Source: Ginkgo biloba (taxonomy: Eukaryota; Plantae; Ginkgophyta). Taken from it: a DNA stretch of 25,655 bases. A program made the translations under genes and the position numbers. The notes under the pieces were generated by a model, which made no database searches, was not told where the DNA came from, and saw only the letters and a list, made by a program, of their open reading frames with translations. Position 1 is the stretch's first letter. Every line of letters starts with the position of its first letter. Location: the NCBI GenBank assembly GCA_024626585.2, contig JANKJI020000004.1, forward strand, positions 31,730,693 to 31,756,347, read 5' to 3'. Shown in pieces: positions 1 to 9,931 of this stretch.

Positions 1-214
1 AGCAGGAAAGGAGCCTGTGCACTGAATGTATAAATGTTTGATATGTGTGCACTTCGGATCAGGGTTTTAGAAAAACCTTGATGGGAATGAGTTAATTGTA
101 GTGGCATATGAAAAACAGCCTAACACGCATCTCCACTAATTATTACAAACTCTGCAGGATAAAAAATTAACTTGAAACTGTTTCTTTTGCAGGAATTATA
201 TAGGCACCAACCTC

Positions 215-390
215 CTTGGCTGGATAAGACAGCCCCAACTAACATGTAAAGTCTATTGGAGGTACTGTTGCCCAATAAGGCCTATTCGAAACAGTGGCTA
301 TAGCTATGCATCAAATTACACTATGCTAAGTGGGTGGGAACACTTTATAGATGGTAAAGGGGGAGGCATCCTAGCCAGGTGCCGGGTAAA
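215..390 (+). mobile_element. Possible Ty3/gypsy RNaseH-integrase junction fragment
   Basis: ASNYTMLSG / TLYRW / GGILARC across frameshifts resembles A..Y....G.LY.R...G.L.RC. Confidence 0.4.
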
Positions 391-2208
391 TAATCTAGCT
401 AATAAGTTATTGAAGGATTGGAGATCTTGTTAATATGATGCTTTAAGCCTCTCATTGAAGTAAGGATTGGAGATCTTATGTATTATACTAAAGTGATGAG
501 CAATGTGTACACAATTCTCTACATGTGTGAAGTGGAGAGCTATAACGTTGACAGACTTCTATCTTAAAAGGAGACACAATATTGCAAAGAACTCCATTGC
601 TTCCAGTAGTGAAATCTTAGATGGCACCTCTCACCTACAATGTACGATCACAGGGTGGATCTTGCAGACATTACAATGACCATAAACTATTTATCTCTTA
701 GACTTGGTTGAATTTTTAGTTACACATCAGCCTAACTGTCAACATTTTAACTTGCGATTAACAACAATATGTTATGACTAGCCACTAATGGTTAGTCATA
801 AGACTGCTGTCAAACTAGACATATACAAGGATTGATTCCAATGATAACATCACAAACACCCATTAGGACATCAACTGAGATTAGCCAATAATCCTACATA
901 GAATTAAAGGTTAAAGTTAATACAAGCAGATAGGAAGAGAGGCAGCAAAAGGAATCAACAGGCTCATTAACTTAGCTCAGCTAAAATCTATATGCAGTGT
1001 AAGGTGGAAAGCATTTTCTTTCTTTACCCACCTGATGAATTGATGTGAACTCATTTCATAAGTAATATAAAATAATACAACTTTTGTTATTTCACCCTAA
1101 ATTGAATCTATATTTATTTTTCCTAATTTTGATTAAAATTTGACTATTGAAAAAAGCAAAAGCAAGTTGACTATTAAAAAAATAATNNNNNNNNNNNNNN
1201 NNNNNNNNNNNNNNNNNNNNNNNNNNNNNNNNNNNNNNNNNNNNNNNNNNNNNNNNNNNNNNNNNNNNNNNNNNNNNNNNNNNNNNTCCTACCCCAAGTG
1301 TCTCTCATCATCTATGAAAGCTAGCAAGCTCCTTCTCTAAGCGTGCAACCTTTTTCCACCATGATATTGGTTGCATAAGTTGTCTTCATCCTTTCGCAAC
1401 AATCCTTGTCCAACTTCTTCTCTAAAACCAAGAGATGATGATGACAATCAACCAATATCTACTGGTGCTCTATGTCCAAGGTTGCCCTCAACAAGNNNNN
1501 NNNNNNNNNNNNNNNNNNNNNNNNNNNNNNNNNNNNNNNNNNNNNNNNNNNNNNNNNNNNNNNNNNNNNNNNNNNNNNNNNNNNNNNNNNNNNNNNNNNN
1601 NNNNNNNNNNNNNGTCTGTTGCTCAACCTAAAGGGCAATTAGCTTGGTCTACAGGTGGCAAATCTAGGGCACTTGTTGCTCCTCCTGCTAACACCCATGT
1701 CAACTTTGGGTGAGAATCCTCTAACTCTTGTTCTGCCTCTGCAAACTAGTGCATCTCAGTCAAATGCTCTATGTAGTGGATGTTGCCCTCCAAGGACACC
1801 ACCGCAGTTTCCACACCAATGGTCAGGTGAGGAGATATGCTTCTTCTACAACAACCAATTTGTCCCCACTATTAATGTTGGCCCGTTGAATGTGAGAAGT
1901 CCATCCCTCTTGATCTTGATCATCAATGTCAACATATGTTTGCACTTGTCCTTAACATGAAAGAAATGCAGCATGAATCTCTCGTGCCAAAAGTCGTGTT
2001 TGCAATTCTCATGAGGGAATTTCGCACTTGTTGGTTGGTTGCAATAATCGTTGCAACTTGCTCACCAAGATGTTAAGCATTCGTTCTTTGAAATATGGGG
2101 GGCAGGAGGTCGTAAGTGTAGTGGCCAACTTCATAAGATGAATGACGGTACATACCCATAAATGTTAAGGACGAGCCTCTCACACCTAACCCTAGACATC
2201 TATGCTCG

Positions 2209-2620
2209 TGTTAGTAAAGATTAAGGGTAGTTAGTATGTATGGTAGTTAAATGGCCTCTACAAGTATCAATAGAGGGCAGGTTTGTATTTTAAAGATATA
2301 TGAAGATTATAGTCATTTGTGTGTTAAATCTACTCTTCTTCATGAGGTGATTACTATATCAAAGTGGAGGTGCATGCCTAAACTCTGAGAGTATGTTGTG
2401 CACTCTTCATTCCAACATAGTATCAAAGCAAGTTTCGAAAACTTGTGTAAGTGCAAAAATTTTGGTGTGAGAATTTTTTCATAAGCATTGTTTTGGAGAG
2501 CATTTCAACTACCCTTGAAGTTACACCTAAATCCTTGGAAAAAGGTGGATTGTTTCATCAGCATCTTGTGGAGGAGACTTTGCCAACAAAGCACCCACAT
2601 AGAAATCATTTGATTTGACA
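2209..2620 (+). mobile_element. LTR retrotransposon relic: probable LTR (TGTTAG at 2209 ... CCAACA at 2417), PBS and start of internal region
   Basis: TAGTATCAAAGC at 2418-2429, directly after CA, is a 10/12 match to the tRNA-iMet PBS TGGTATCAGAGC (both mismatches G->A). The LTR start is inferred. Confidence 0.6.
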
Positions 2621-2734
2621 TCATGATATATAATTTCCTGTGAATAGAACCAAAAAAGACAAAGTTATAAGCATGGGAATGATCCGTTTAGAAAGTCTCT
2701 TGAAAAGCACTCCTAATCCAGCTGAGTTCAGCAC

Positions 2735-2849
2735 CTCTTTAGTGGAGGCAAAAGCTCTTTGGACAGTCCATGCATCATTTTGACGTCCTGTCTTTATTCC
2801 TTCTACTCCAGATTCATCATCAGTATTTTTAAGAAGTGATGCAGAATCT
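2735..2849 (-). CDS. ABCD1: ABCD1 linker exon: (R)DSASLLKNTDDESGVEGIKTGRQNDAWTVQRAFASTKE
   Basis: Acceptor tacag before 2849 completes the AG|A Arg codon; RQNDA..VQRAF matches the CTS linker; donor gtgctg after 2735. Confidence 0.92.
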
Positions 2850-3419
2850 CTGTACACAGTGGTAAAAGGAATATCTGCATTAATAACAGGAACTCCTATT
2901 TGTCCCTTTGTCTCCAAAAACCATTTCAGTATATGTACTGCTTCACTGCTTTAAATTTGGATGCATTCTTTTCTATCTAATACACAGCAAGTTAGAATGA
3001 AGACTAAGAAAAAGTTAACTAGGGACTATGTCACACAGAATGCAAGGGTATCTGTAATCTAAACCAATCTGCAATGGTAATGGGAATGTTGAATGTTCCC
3101 ATCAGAGATCAATCCCACTTCAGCTAACAGTTTCTAATTACTTTGGGAAAGCTCCCTGCAGATCAAAAACAAGAAAAATTAAAAATTGAAAACAAGCAAA
3201 ACAATGTATATGCACCCTAGAGTCTACCCACCTTCCTACTGTGTTTCCAGGCATTCAAGTTCTGTGTGTTTGTGCATTAGATTTATAGGCCAGTTACTGT
3301 TATACTTATTGTTTATTTTATTTTAGTCCTAGGTCATGAGATACTTTACGCCGTCCTCCTTGCCCATCAAAATTGTAAGTCCCATCGACTTCTTTTGGTC
3401 ATTTGTGGAAATTAGTTTG

Positions 3420-4260
3420 TTTTGAAAAAGCCCCATAATTATATTAAAAAAAGGACAGGTACAAAAGAGACAAAGAAAGGCACTACGAATGTAGTAGCAT
3501 CCTCCTTTTGACAGTTATACACTATGCTTTCTCAGAACACAAATCAAACTACTTTGAAAACCACCACAGATTAATTGGATCCAGGATTACATTATAAGCT
3601 CGTTTCACATTGAAGGCTGTACATCAATATGCACACTAAACCCAACCATGACCTCGATATTTGATCTCACACCGTGTACCAATTCATCCTTGCTACTATA
3701 TGTATGCTAATTGGCACCCTGCTCATTACAGTATTCTCACAATCCAATATTGTGATAACACGCTTTGGATTGTATGTCCAATTAATGTCTTGATAGAGCA
3801 TCCAGAGGGCAGTGTTCTCAGTAGAGTCATGCATGGTCATCAACGTGTGCATTGTCTTGTGGTTTCTATTCACAATCGAGACTGGTTCCTGTAATTTCCC
3901 CCAGTTTTCTCCATCCACATCCATGCTGTCCAAAGTACTATCCACCTGTTTCCTTATATCCTGACCAACCATCATAAGTTCCTGCTGAGCAATAATATGC
4001 AACAGGTAATTGGAGCCTCTAGTAAGCCATTAAATTCATTTTGGAACTCTATATTGAACCTTCGCGATTCAAGACTGAATCCTCTGGCAGTTGTGTGGCT
4101 GATTAGATACATGGTTGTAAACTGGCCAATGAAAAGTGAACTCAACCAAGAGGAAGCACCTGCTGAATAACTTGTATCCTTCTGATTTCATGAAATTCAC
4201 TTTATCTAAGGAAATAGCCATGTAGCCTTCTTATTCTTGGGCCTTGTCCTTTCAACCTCT
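3420..4260 (-). pseudogene. Heavily degraded coding relic, possibly PPR-like
   Basis: Fragments NFMKSEGYKL, IAQQELMMVGQDIR, GKLQEPVSIVNR, GGFQSSLI, EDATTFV loosely resemble PPR consensus pieces; multiple stops and frameshifts. Confidence 0.2.
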
Positions 4261-4677
4261 CATTGACAATATGAACAAAACATTAATGAAAATCGGTATT
4301 CCNNNNNNNNNNNNNNNNNNNNNNNNNNNNNNNNNNNNNNNNNNNNNNNNNNNNNNNNNNNNNNNNNNNNNNNNNNNNNNNNNNNNNNNNNNNNNNNNNN
4401 NNCCATAGTGACTGTGGCGATTCTCGCTTGTTGATTTTGTATTTTGAGCATGTTTTTACTGTTGGAAAATTGAAGATAGTTCATCAACAAGAGGTTGCAG
4501 AGAGGTTTTGCTTTCGAAACTGAGTTTTTAGAGTTTTTTCTCGTGGGTTTTTGGTGAACTATCCATTTGCCAACGAATGGTCACGGGTTCTAGTCACTGG
4601 GAGATCGATCTCTCTGTCTCTCTTTTACCATTCATTTAAGATTCTGATGCTGAGGTTGTTCGTTTCTGTGAGTGCAG

Positions 4678-4765
4678 CTCGTCGAGGGAATTGAAGAAAC
4701 CGTGGGGATTGGCAAAGGAACCAACAAAGTGTACGCGACCATCGATCTGGAGAGAGCCAGAGTGG
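4678..4765 (+). pseudogene. Truncated phospholipase D alpha exon fragment (C2 domain): [29 protein letters not shown], preceded by intron-like sequence 4403-4677
   Basis: Manual translation matches plant PLDalpha (F/LVEGIEDTVGVGKG..KVYxTIDLEKARVGRTR); it starts right after a tgcag acceptor; homology stops before GRTR, with TAA at 4771-4773. Confidence 0.9.
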
Positions 4766-4766
4766 C

Positions 4767-4985
4767 ATCTTAACCATGGATAACCTAAGGAGAAAAGGAA
4801 TGGCTCTCCCCAATAGATGTTATTTATGCAAGGAAGAATAAGAAATAATATCTCATAATTTTCTCTTTTGTAGGTTCTCCTCAACTATCTAGAATGTATT
4901 GAAGCAAGCAATTGGTTGCCCTTTCACTATTGAAGGGGACCTTCTCACACTCTTAAAAAATTGGTAGAAGACTTATCCCAAAGGT
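4767..4985 (+). mobile_element. 5'-truncated L1-type LINE ORF2 remnant (zf-RVT zinc finger)
   Basis: Translation [48 protein letters not shown]... matches the LT.DNL.R....C.LC....E...H....C.F...W motif; it contains in-frame stops, including a TAG at the conserved Trp. Confidence 0.85.
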
Positions 4986-5244
4986 TTTATAACAGTTGAT
5001 GCTGGGCCAAAAAATTCTGTTCTTCTCTCTAGGGAAATACAAAACAGAGAAATTTGCATTGAGAAACAAGTCAACCATTCTTACCTGTCACCTATTGTCC
5101 AAGTGTATTCCACATTTGATGCATAAGCCTAAACAGGCTGTGTGTTTAGATGGTCCATAAAAATTCAGGTGTCTTTGCCCTTGATATTATCTATACAATC
5201 AGCTTTGTCACCATGGTGATCTTGGTCTTTCCTTTTTACTTCTT

Positions 5245-5315
5245 CTTGGGCCCAGAAATAGAACTGGAGGAAGAAATCAAATGGGCTATATCTTCCTTTT
5301 GGCCATGGAAGCCTT
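5245..5315 (+). mobile_element. Possible LINE ORF2 fragment just upstream of the RT core
   Basis: ELEEEIKWAISSFWPWKP resembles the EEEIK.AI.S....KAPGPDG motif; short, and the GPDG is not visible. Confidence 0.3.
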
Positions 5316-5379
5316 GAAGAAGGTAATTCCGTTATCTGTCAGTATTCTTTTCCAAATAAGGTAAAACTGGGGTGTAAGG

Positions 5380-7055
5380 AATAGAACACCCAGCTTCATT
5401 CACTAACTCATGTGCCCCCTGATTACTTACCATAGCTTGTGCAAGGAATAAACAGCCAAGGTAGTCAGGTTAGAAAGTAATAAGACAACCATGATGGCTT
5501 GAAAGTCTACACTAACAGAAAAATGTATGGAGCCAAGGACACGAGAGACCAAACTTACATTTCTTATCCCCCTATCGTCCACTATAAAGAAGGAAGATTA
5601 TGTCCACAGATTTTCAAGATACATGAGCTTGTCATATGGAGTAGTCTAGTCCAAAAAATTGAACTTGCCACTATAGTTGAATCAACAAGGAGACTGATTG
5701 CCAATGGTAAGACTGGATTAAACACAAAACCACGGAATAACTGAATGGGCTCCACTTCCTTGATTTCATGAAATTTCAGCAGACTTTTGATTTATTAGAC
5801 CATCCATAGTAGAGACCACCCAACTATAATCAAGGATAGAGCATAAAATTCTGCAAGCAAAATCTTCAACCAAAAATCTTGTCAATATCCACCTTACACT
5901 GATAAAGTAGTAATACCATACAGAGAGCTTTGAGCTCCAAATCCAGATACAATTTTGATGACAAACAAGCCCATCAAAGCCCTTAGTCATTCTATAATAC
6001 TTCCACGTTTAACTATTTGCAAAACCATTAAATTTCTTTCTCGAATACAATCTCCAGCTTGTGTATTAGAACTTGTTCCCATACCCTTTGAATTTTGATA
6101 TGAAAAGGAATCATACCTGTGGGCAATGCTGATCAAGTTACTTGTCACTGAGTACAGATCTTTCCGAACTTCCAATGGAACACCACAATCCATACACAGG
6201 TGAACTGGGACAACCCTTTTGAGAGGGGCTGTAAGGATGATACCCAAATGGGCCATCTTTGATGAGGTTATGGAAGGTTGCCAAACCGTCTCCATGAACA
6301 TTATCAAATCTTAGTTCAGTTTTTATTGGCGTCCCATATACTGAAGCCACAAAGCTTGATGTCATTGTGAGGCCTGTCAATTCTTCCTTACAATGACACA
6401 AAGCTGCTGTTCAAATGTTCCCATTAAATAAGGAGTTGAATCTCTTTCTTCACTGGTTGTCTTTACATTCAAAAGATGATGCACCCAGATATTTATAAGT
6501 AATACTATATAACATCTTCCAGTTTACTTACAGTGGACAGAAGAAAAACATAATTCAATACCTATCCTGCATTTTCATAGAAATACAATGGGTTCCCTTT
6601 ACTCCTGAGATCTTAAATCCATTGCATTGAGCTGCTTAGGAGGTTGACAACATACATAAAAAAGATAGGGTGTAACTTAATCCACATGACCCTTGTGGGC
6701 CAGAAAATCCTTGCCGAGCTCATACCATAGATCAAATGGAATGACCCTTTTGCATTTTTCTATTTCTTCCCCGTATCTAGCAATCTAATGGAATAGATTG
6801 TAATGTCATTATATAGGCATTCAATGGAGAACTCTAGAGGGTACAATTCTCTGATCAAAAGGCAAAAGTGGGTTATGTTGAGTTATTGAAATCCACCTTA
6901 ATTCCATCTCCATATGTCCAGGCAGTGATAAATGTGCCTTCTATCAATGTCCCTGGCACTATATTTAAATATTCTAGGAGTTTATTGAATGATGAATCAG
7001 CCTTGCAAGTAACCGCTTCCATATTATTGATGTAACAGTCTGCCCTTACTCTAAC
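5380..7055 (-). pseudogene. Heavily degraded coding relic, tentatively PLS/E-class pentatricopeptide-repeat (PPR) gene
   Basis: Scattered motifs across frameshifts: VHGDGLATFHNLIKDG...YSPSQKGC, KSLLKFHEIKEVEP, HHGC/LLLSNL followed about 25 codons later by LVNEAGCS (E-motif-like YVLLSN...KEPGCS). Many stops and no continuous frame. Confidence 0.3.
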
Positions 7056-7343
7056 CTGCAAATAAAATAATTAGACTTGCAACAAGGCCTAAAAATGCAT
7101 AAGAGAGTGAGTTGACTCTAGTCATGCATTCAGAAATGAAACACAACCATATATAAATAGTGTGATAAAGGCCCATACAAAACAAATATTTAAACTTGTT
7201 AATTTATAAGATGAGCAGTAAGAAAGAATATTAAAGTAGGGTCANNNNNNNNNNNNNNNNNNNNNNNNNNNNNNNNNNNNNNNNNNNNNNNNNNNNNNNN
7301 NNNNNNNNNNNNNNNNNNNNNNNNNNNNNNNNNNNNNNNNNNN

Positions 7344-7950
7344 NTTCTTGTCTCTTCTTGAGAATGTCAAGGACTTTAGAAGATGACAGAGATGCATCAC
7401 AAATGTTTCGGCCTTATCCTGCTCCTATGCATTACTGATGGCAACAGGGGGCAAGGATAAAGGCAATTCATAGGGGGGCAAGGGTTGAAAACCCATGCAA
7501 ACCTCAAAGGGGGAATGAGAAGTGGAAGAATGGATTGCTTTGTTATATGCATACTCAAAATTGGTGAGACTCAAATCCCACTTAGAAGATGAGGTTTGAT
7601 TGAAGATTCTAGGGGCTTGGATTAGGGTACGAACTACTCACTTTTGCTCTAATACCCATGATCCAAATACTCCTAACGTGCAAACTTCGCATCAGAGGTA
7701 CCGATCAAGCAGAGAGAGAGAGAGAGAGAGAGGCAAAAACTAATCACCAAATGCTTGCATCCATTGTATTGAAAAAGATGTAGAATAATTATAGGTATAA
7801 CTGTTAACTACTAACTACTTACTAAACCTACATAACCTACTAACTGTTTGATAGCATGGGTTCCCTCCCATGAAGGTTACATGAGTTTTTTTAAAATATT
7901 TTAATAGGGTTTGCTAACTTAAGGGGGCTAATCCCCATTAGAAATCGCCT
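7344..7950 (-). mobile_element. LTR retrotransposon relic on the minus strand (LTR right of 7659, PBS, internal 5' region to the left)
   Basis: GCTCTAATACCCA at 7646-7658 is the reverse complement of a degenerate Met PBS and is followed by TG (the LTR 3' CA on the minus strand). Outer boundaries are approximate. Confidence 0.5.
7711..7732. repeat. (AG)11 microsatellite
   Basis: Directly visible. Confidence 0.95.
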
Positions 7951-8133
7951 TCCCCAAAGGAATATATTTGAGCACTTGTACAATGAAAATATCCACTAGA
8001 AAGTCACTATAATGATAGAGCTTTGATTCCAAGATATGCAGAAAGTCGAAGCAATAGCAGAAAACAATTTGTATGGTTAAAATCCTCCAACCAGAATGCA
8101 GAAAATAACAAATAGAGAGAGAGCACCTTGCAC

Positions 8134-8155
8134 AGAGAGAGAGAGAGAGAGAGAG
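8134..8155. repeat. (AG)11 microsatellite
   Basis: Directly visible; a shorter (AG)5 lies about 20 bp upstream. Confidence 0.95.
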
Positions 8156-9338
8156 TATGATGTCTTAAGGGTTGCTTTAGCCCAAACAAGCCCCTCTTTA
8201 TGCCCAAAGCTGGGCACAAACTACCACATAAGGATTGAGCTTAACCTTGGGATTTCCCTATACCCTAGGAAGCCATCTGTAGCTCTCTGCTATTACAAAT
8301 TACTCCATAAAAGTAGGCGCCCTCTACTAGAGCACTCCCATGGCCCTTCTTTTCCCAATTTTCTCTATTTATGACTTTATCTAGAGTACTGACCAATAAC
8401 TGCAAAATGCATGCACTAGCTCTAAGGCCTTGAGATAAGGTTAACTTGGCTTTCCTGGGCTATAGCGATTGAGTCCCTCATTAATAGAATATCTACATTA
8501 GAGCCTTGGATAGGATTTATGTAAGCAGGAGTAGACCTATAAAAATAATTACGGCAAGGGTGGCTTTAATAGCATGGACACAGGCCAGTAGAGCAAACAA
8601 ACTTGCCTGTGGCAGCACAAATGCATTTCATCTTACACTAGTTGCTTGTAAGAATGGACATCTAAGGTTCAAATAACCTACAGCTAAGGAATAGTGTCGT
8701 GCTCTCTATTTCATAGTGTAATGCTCTCTATTTCCATGGTGATTGCATCCATTGTATCACAAGAAACTTAGTCAGAATTGCCTTCTGATGAATAATAATA
8801 TTTTGTTTGAATTGGACTCTCTACTTTTGGATGTCGCACTCCATTTTCAACCAATTTGGGAGAGATGATGGACATTAATTTTATTTCTTTCATTCCATCA
8901 CCTGACTGGTTTGTCATTTCATGCTCCCAAAAATGTATTTGAAGAACGGTACAAACAATTAGATTTAGAAATCCCTTGAAAGCACCCTGACTCATCCTAT
9001 GAAAAACACACAGATTTCTGTGAATCTTCTCCTCATTCTTGTTCCAATAACGAAATGACTGCCCCTGAACTAGTTGGCATGACTCAAGTTAGGCATAGAT
9101 CCAGAAACTAATCAGCAAGACAGCAGATGTAGTTTAGAAGGAGAAATATGGATGCTCAAAGACAACATTAATATATTTTCACACATTTGAGCACAAACAA
9201 TAAATTTATTGTGCAGATTACAATAGAAAATGTTGAAGGGGAGAAATTTCATATTTATTTCAAGTTTAAATATACATACGTTCCTTTGAATGTGGCTTAT
9301 AACAAGGAATATTGGTTCATAGACCTTTGTGCACCAAC

Positions 9339-9412
9339 CTCTTGTAGTGTATGTCCCAGCCTCCCTCCCCATCTAAAGAAAGAACTGTATCATGAAATGC
9401 GACAAGGGCAGG
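9339..9412 (-). CDS. ABCD1: ABCD1 exon, 3' part after the H-loop: PALVAFHDTVLSLDGEGGWDIHYK(R)
   Basis: Matches CTS PALVAFHDVVLSLDGEGGWSVHYKR; phase-2 donor AG|gttggt at 9339/9338. Probably the same exon as 9541-9638, interrupted by the 128-N gap. Confidence 0.96.
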
Positions 9413-9540
9413 NNNNNNNNNNNNNNNNNNNNNNNNNNNNNNNNNNNNNNNNNNNNNNNNNNNNNNNNNNNNNNNNNNNNNNNNNNNNNNNNNNNNNNNN
9501 NNNNNNNNNNNNNNNNNNNNNNNNNNNNNNNNNNNNNNNN

Positions 9541-9638
9541 GCCATTCCCAAACGCTGTTGTTCTCCAAGGGAAAGCTCATCGCCCCAATTTATTTCTTCC
9601 TCTAGAGGATAACGATCTAGTAGATACTCAAGGTCAAC
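9541..9638 (-). CDS. ABCD1: ABCD1 exon, 5' part with ABC signature: VDLEYLLDRYPLEEEINWGDELSLGEQQRLGMA
   Basis: Acceptor ttgcag before 9638 after a 161-nt intron; LSLGEQQR is the ABCD-type signature motif. Confidence 0.97.
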
Positions 9639-9799
9639 CTGCAAATGAAAAGACGGTTAATGTATTCTGAGAATATTCATATGGCAATATCATAAGCATT
9701 CAATACATTGCTGTTCACTAATGCAAAAATAATGAAAGGAAACGAAACCCAATTAAGAGAACTTATCTGAACTATAAAGAAAGGATAAGATGCACAAAC

Positions 9800-9931
9800 A
9801 TTTTTCAATAACTCATGCAAGCCTTCTTTAGTGAGTGGCTCAGTCTCAGATGCAGTCAGAGGATAAATAAGCTGATCATGCAAAGTACCAACAGCTGTAT
9901 ACGGCTTCTGTGGCACATAAAATATCTCTTT
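9800..9931 (-). CDS. ABCD1: ABCD1 exon, 3' part (NBD1 Q-loop): KEIFYVPQKPYTAVGTLHDQLIYPLTASETEPLTKEGLHELLKN
   Basis: Matches the KEIFYVPQRPY..GTLRDQLIYP motif; donor gtttgt after 9800; 5' part lost in gap 9932-10415. Confidence 0.96.

Noticed and set aside
1287-2075. Short ORFs and gag-like composition
   Set aside because: No recognisable motif in any frame examined; probably decayed retroelement sequence but not assignable.
3780-4060. IEFQNEFNGL/RLQLPVAYYCSAGTYDGWSGYKETGG resembles glyoxal oxidase (IEYD...WCSSG...QTGG) or a viral class II fusion loop
   Set aside because: It needs frame-hopping, the diagnostic RWY and LPDG motifs are absent, and a different overlapping frame stays open longer; likely chance similarity.
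6873-7061. GTFITAWTYG resembles the plant rhabdovirus glycoprotein fusion loop, suggesting an endogenous viral element
   Set aside because: The conserved cysteine scaffold is missing and there are no N or L gene motifs or gene-junction signals nearby; not supportable without a database hit.
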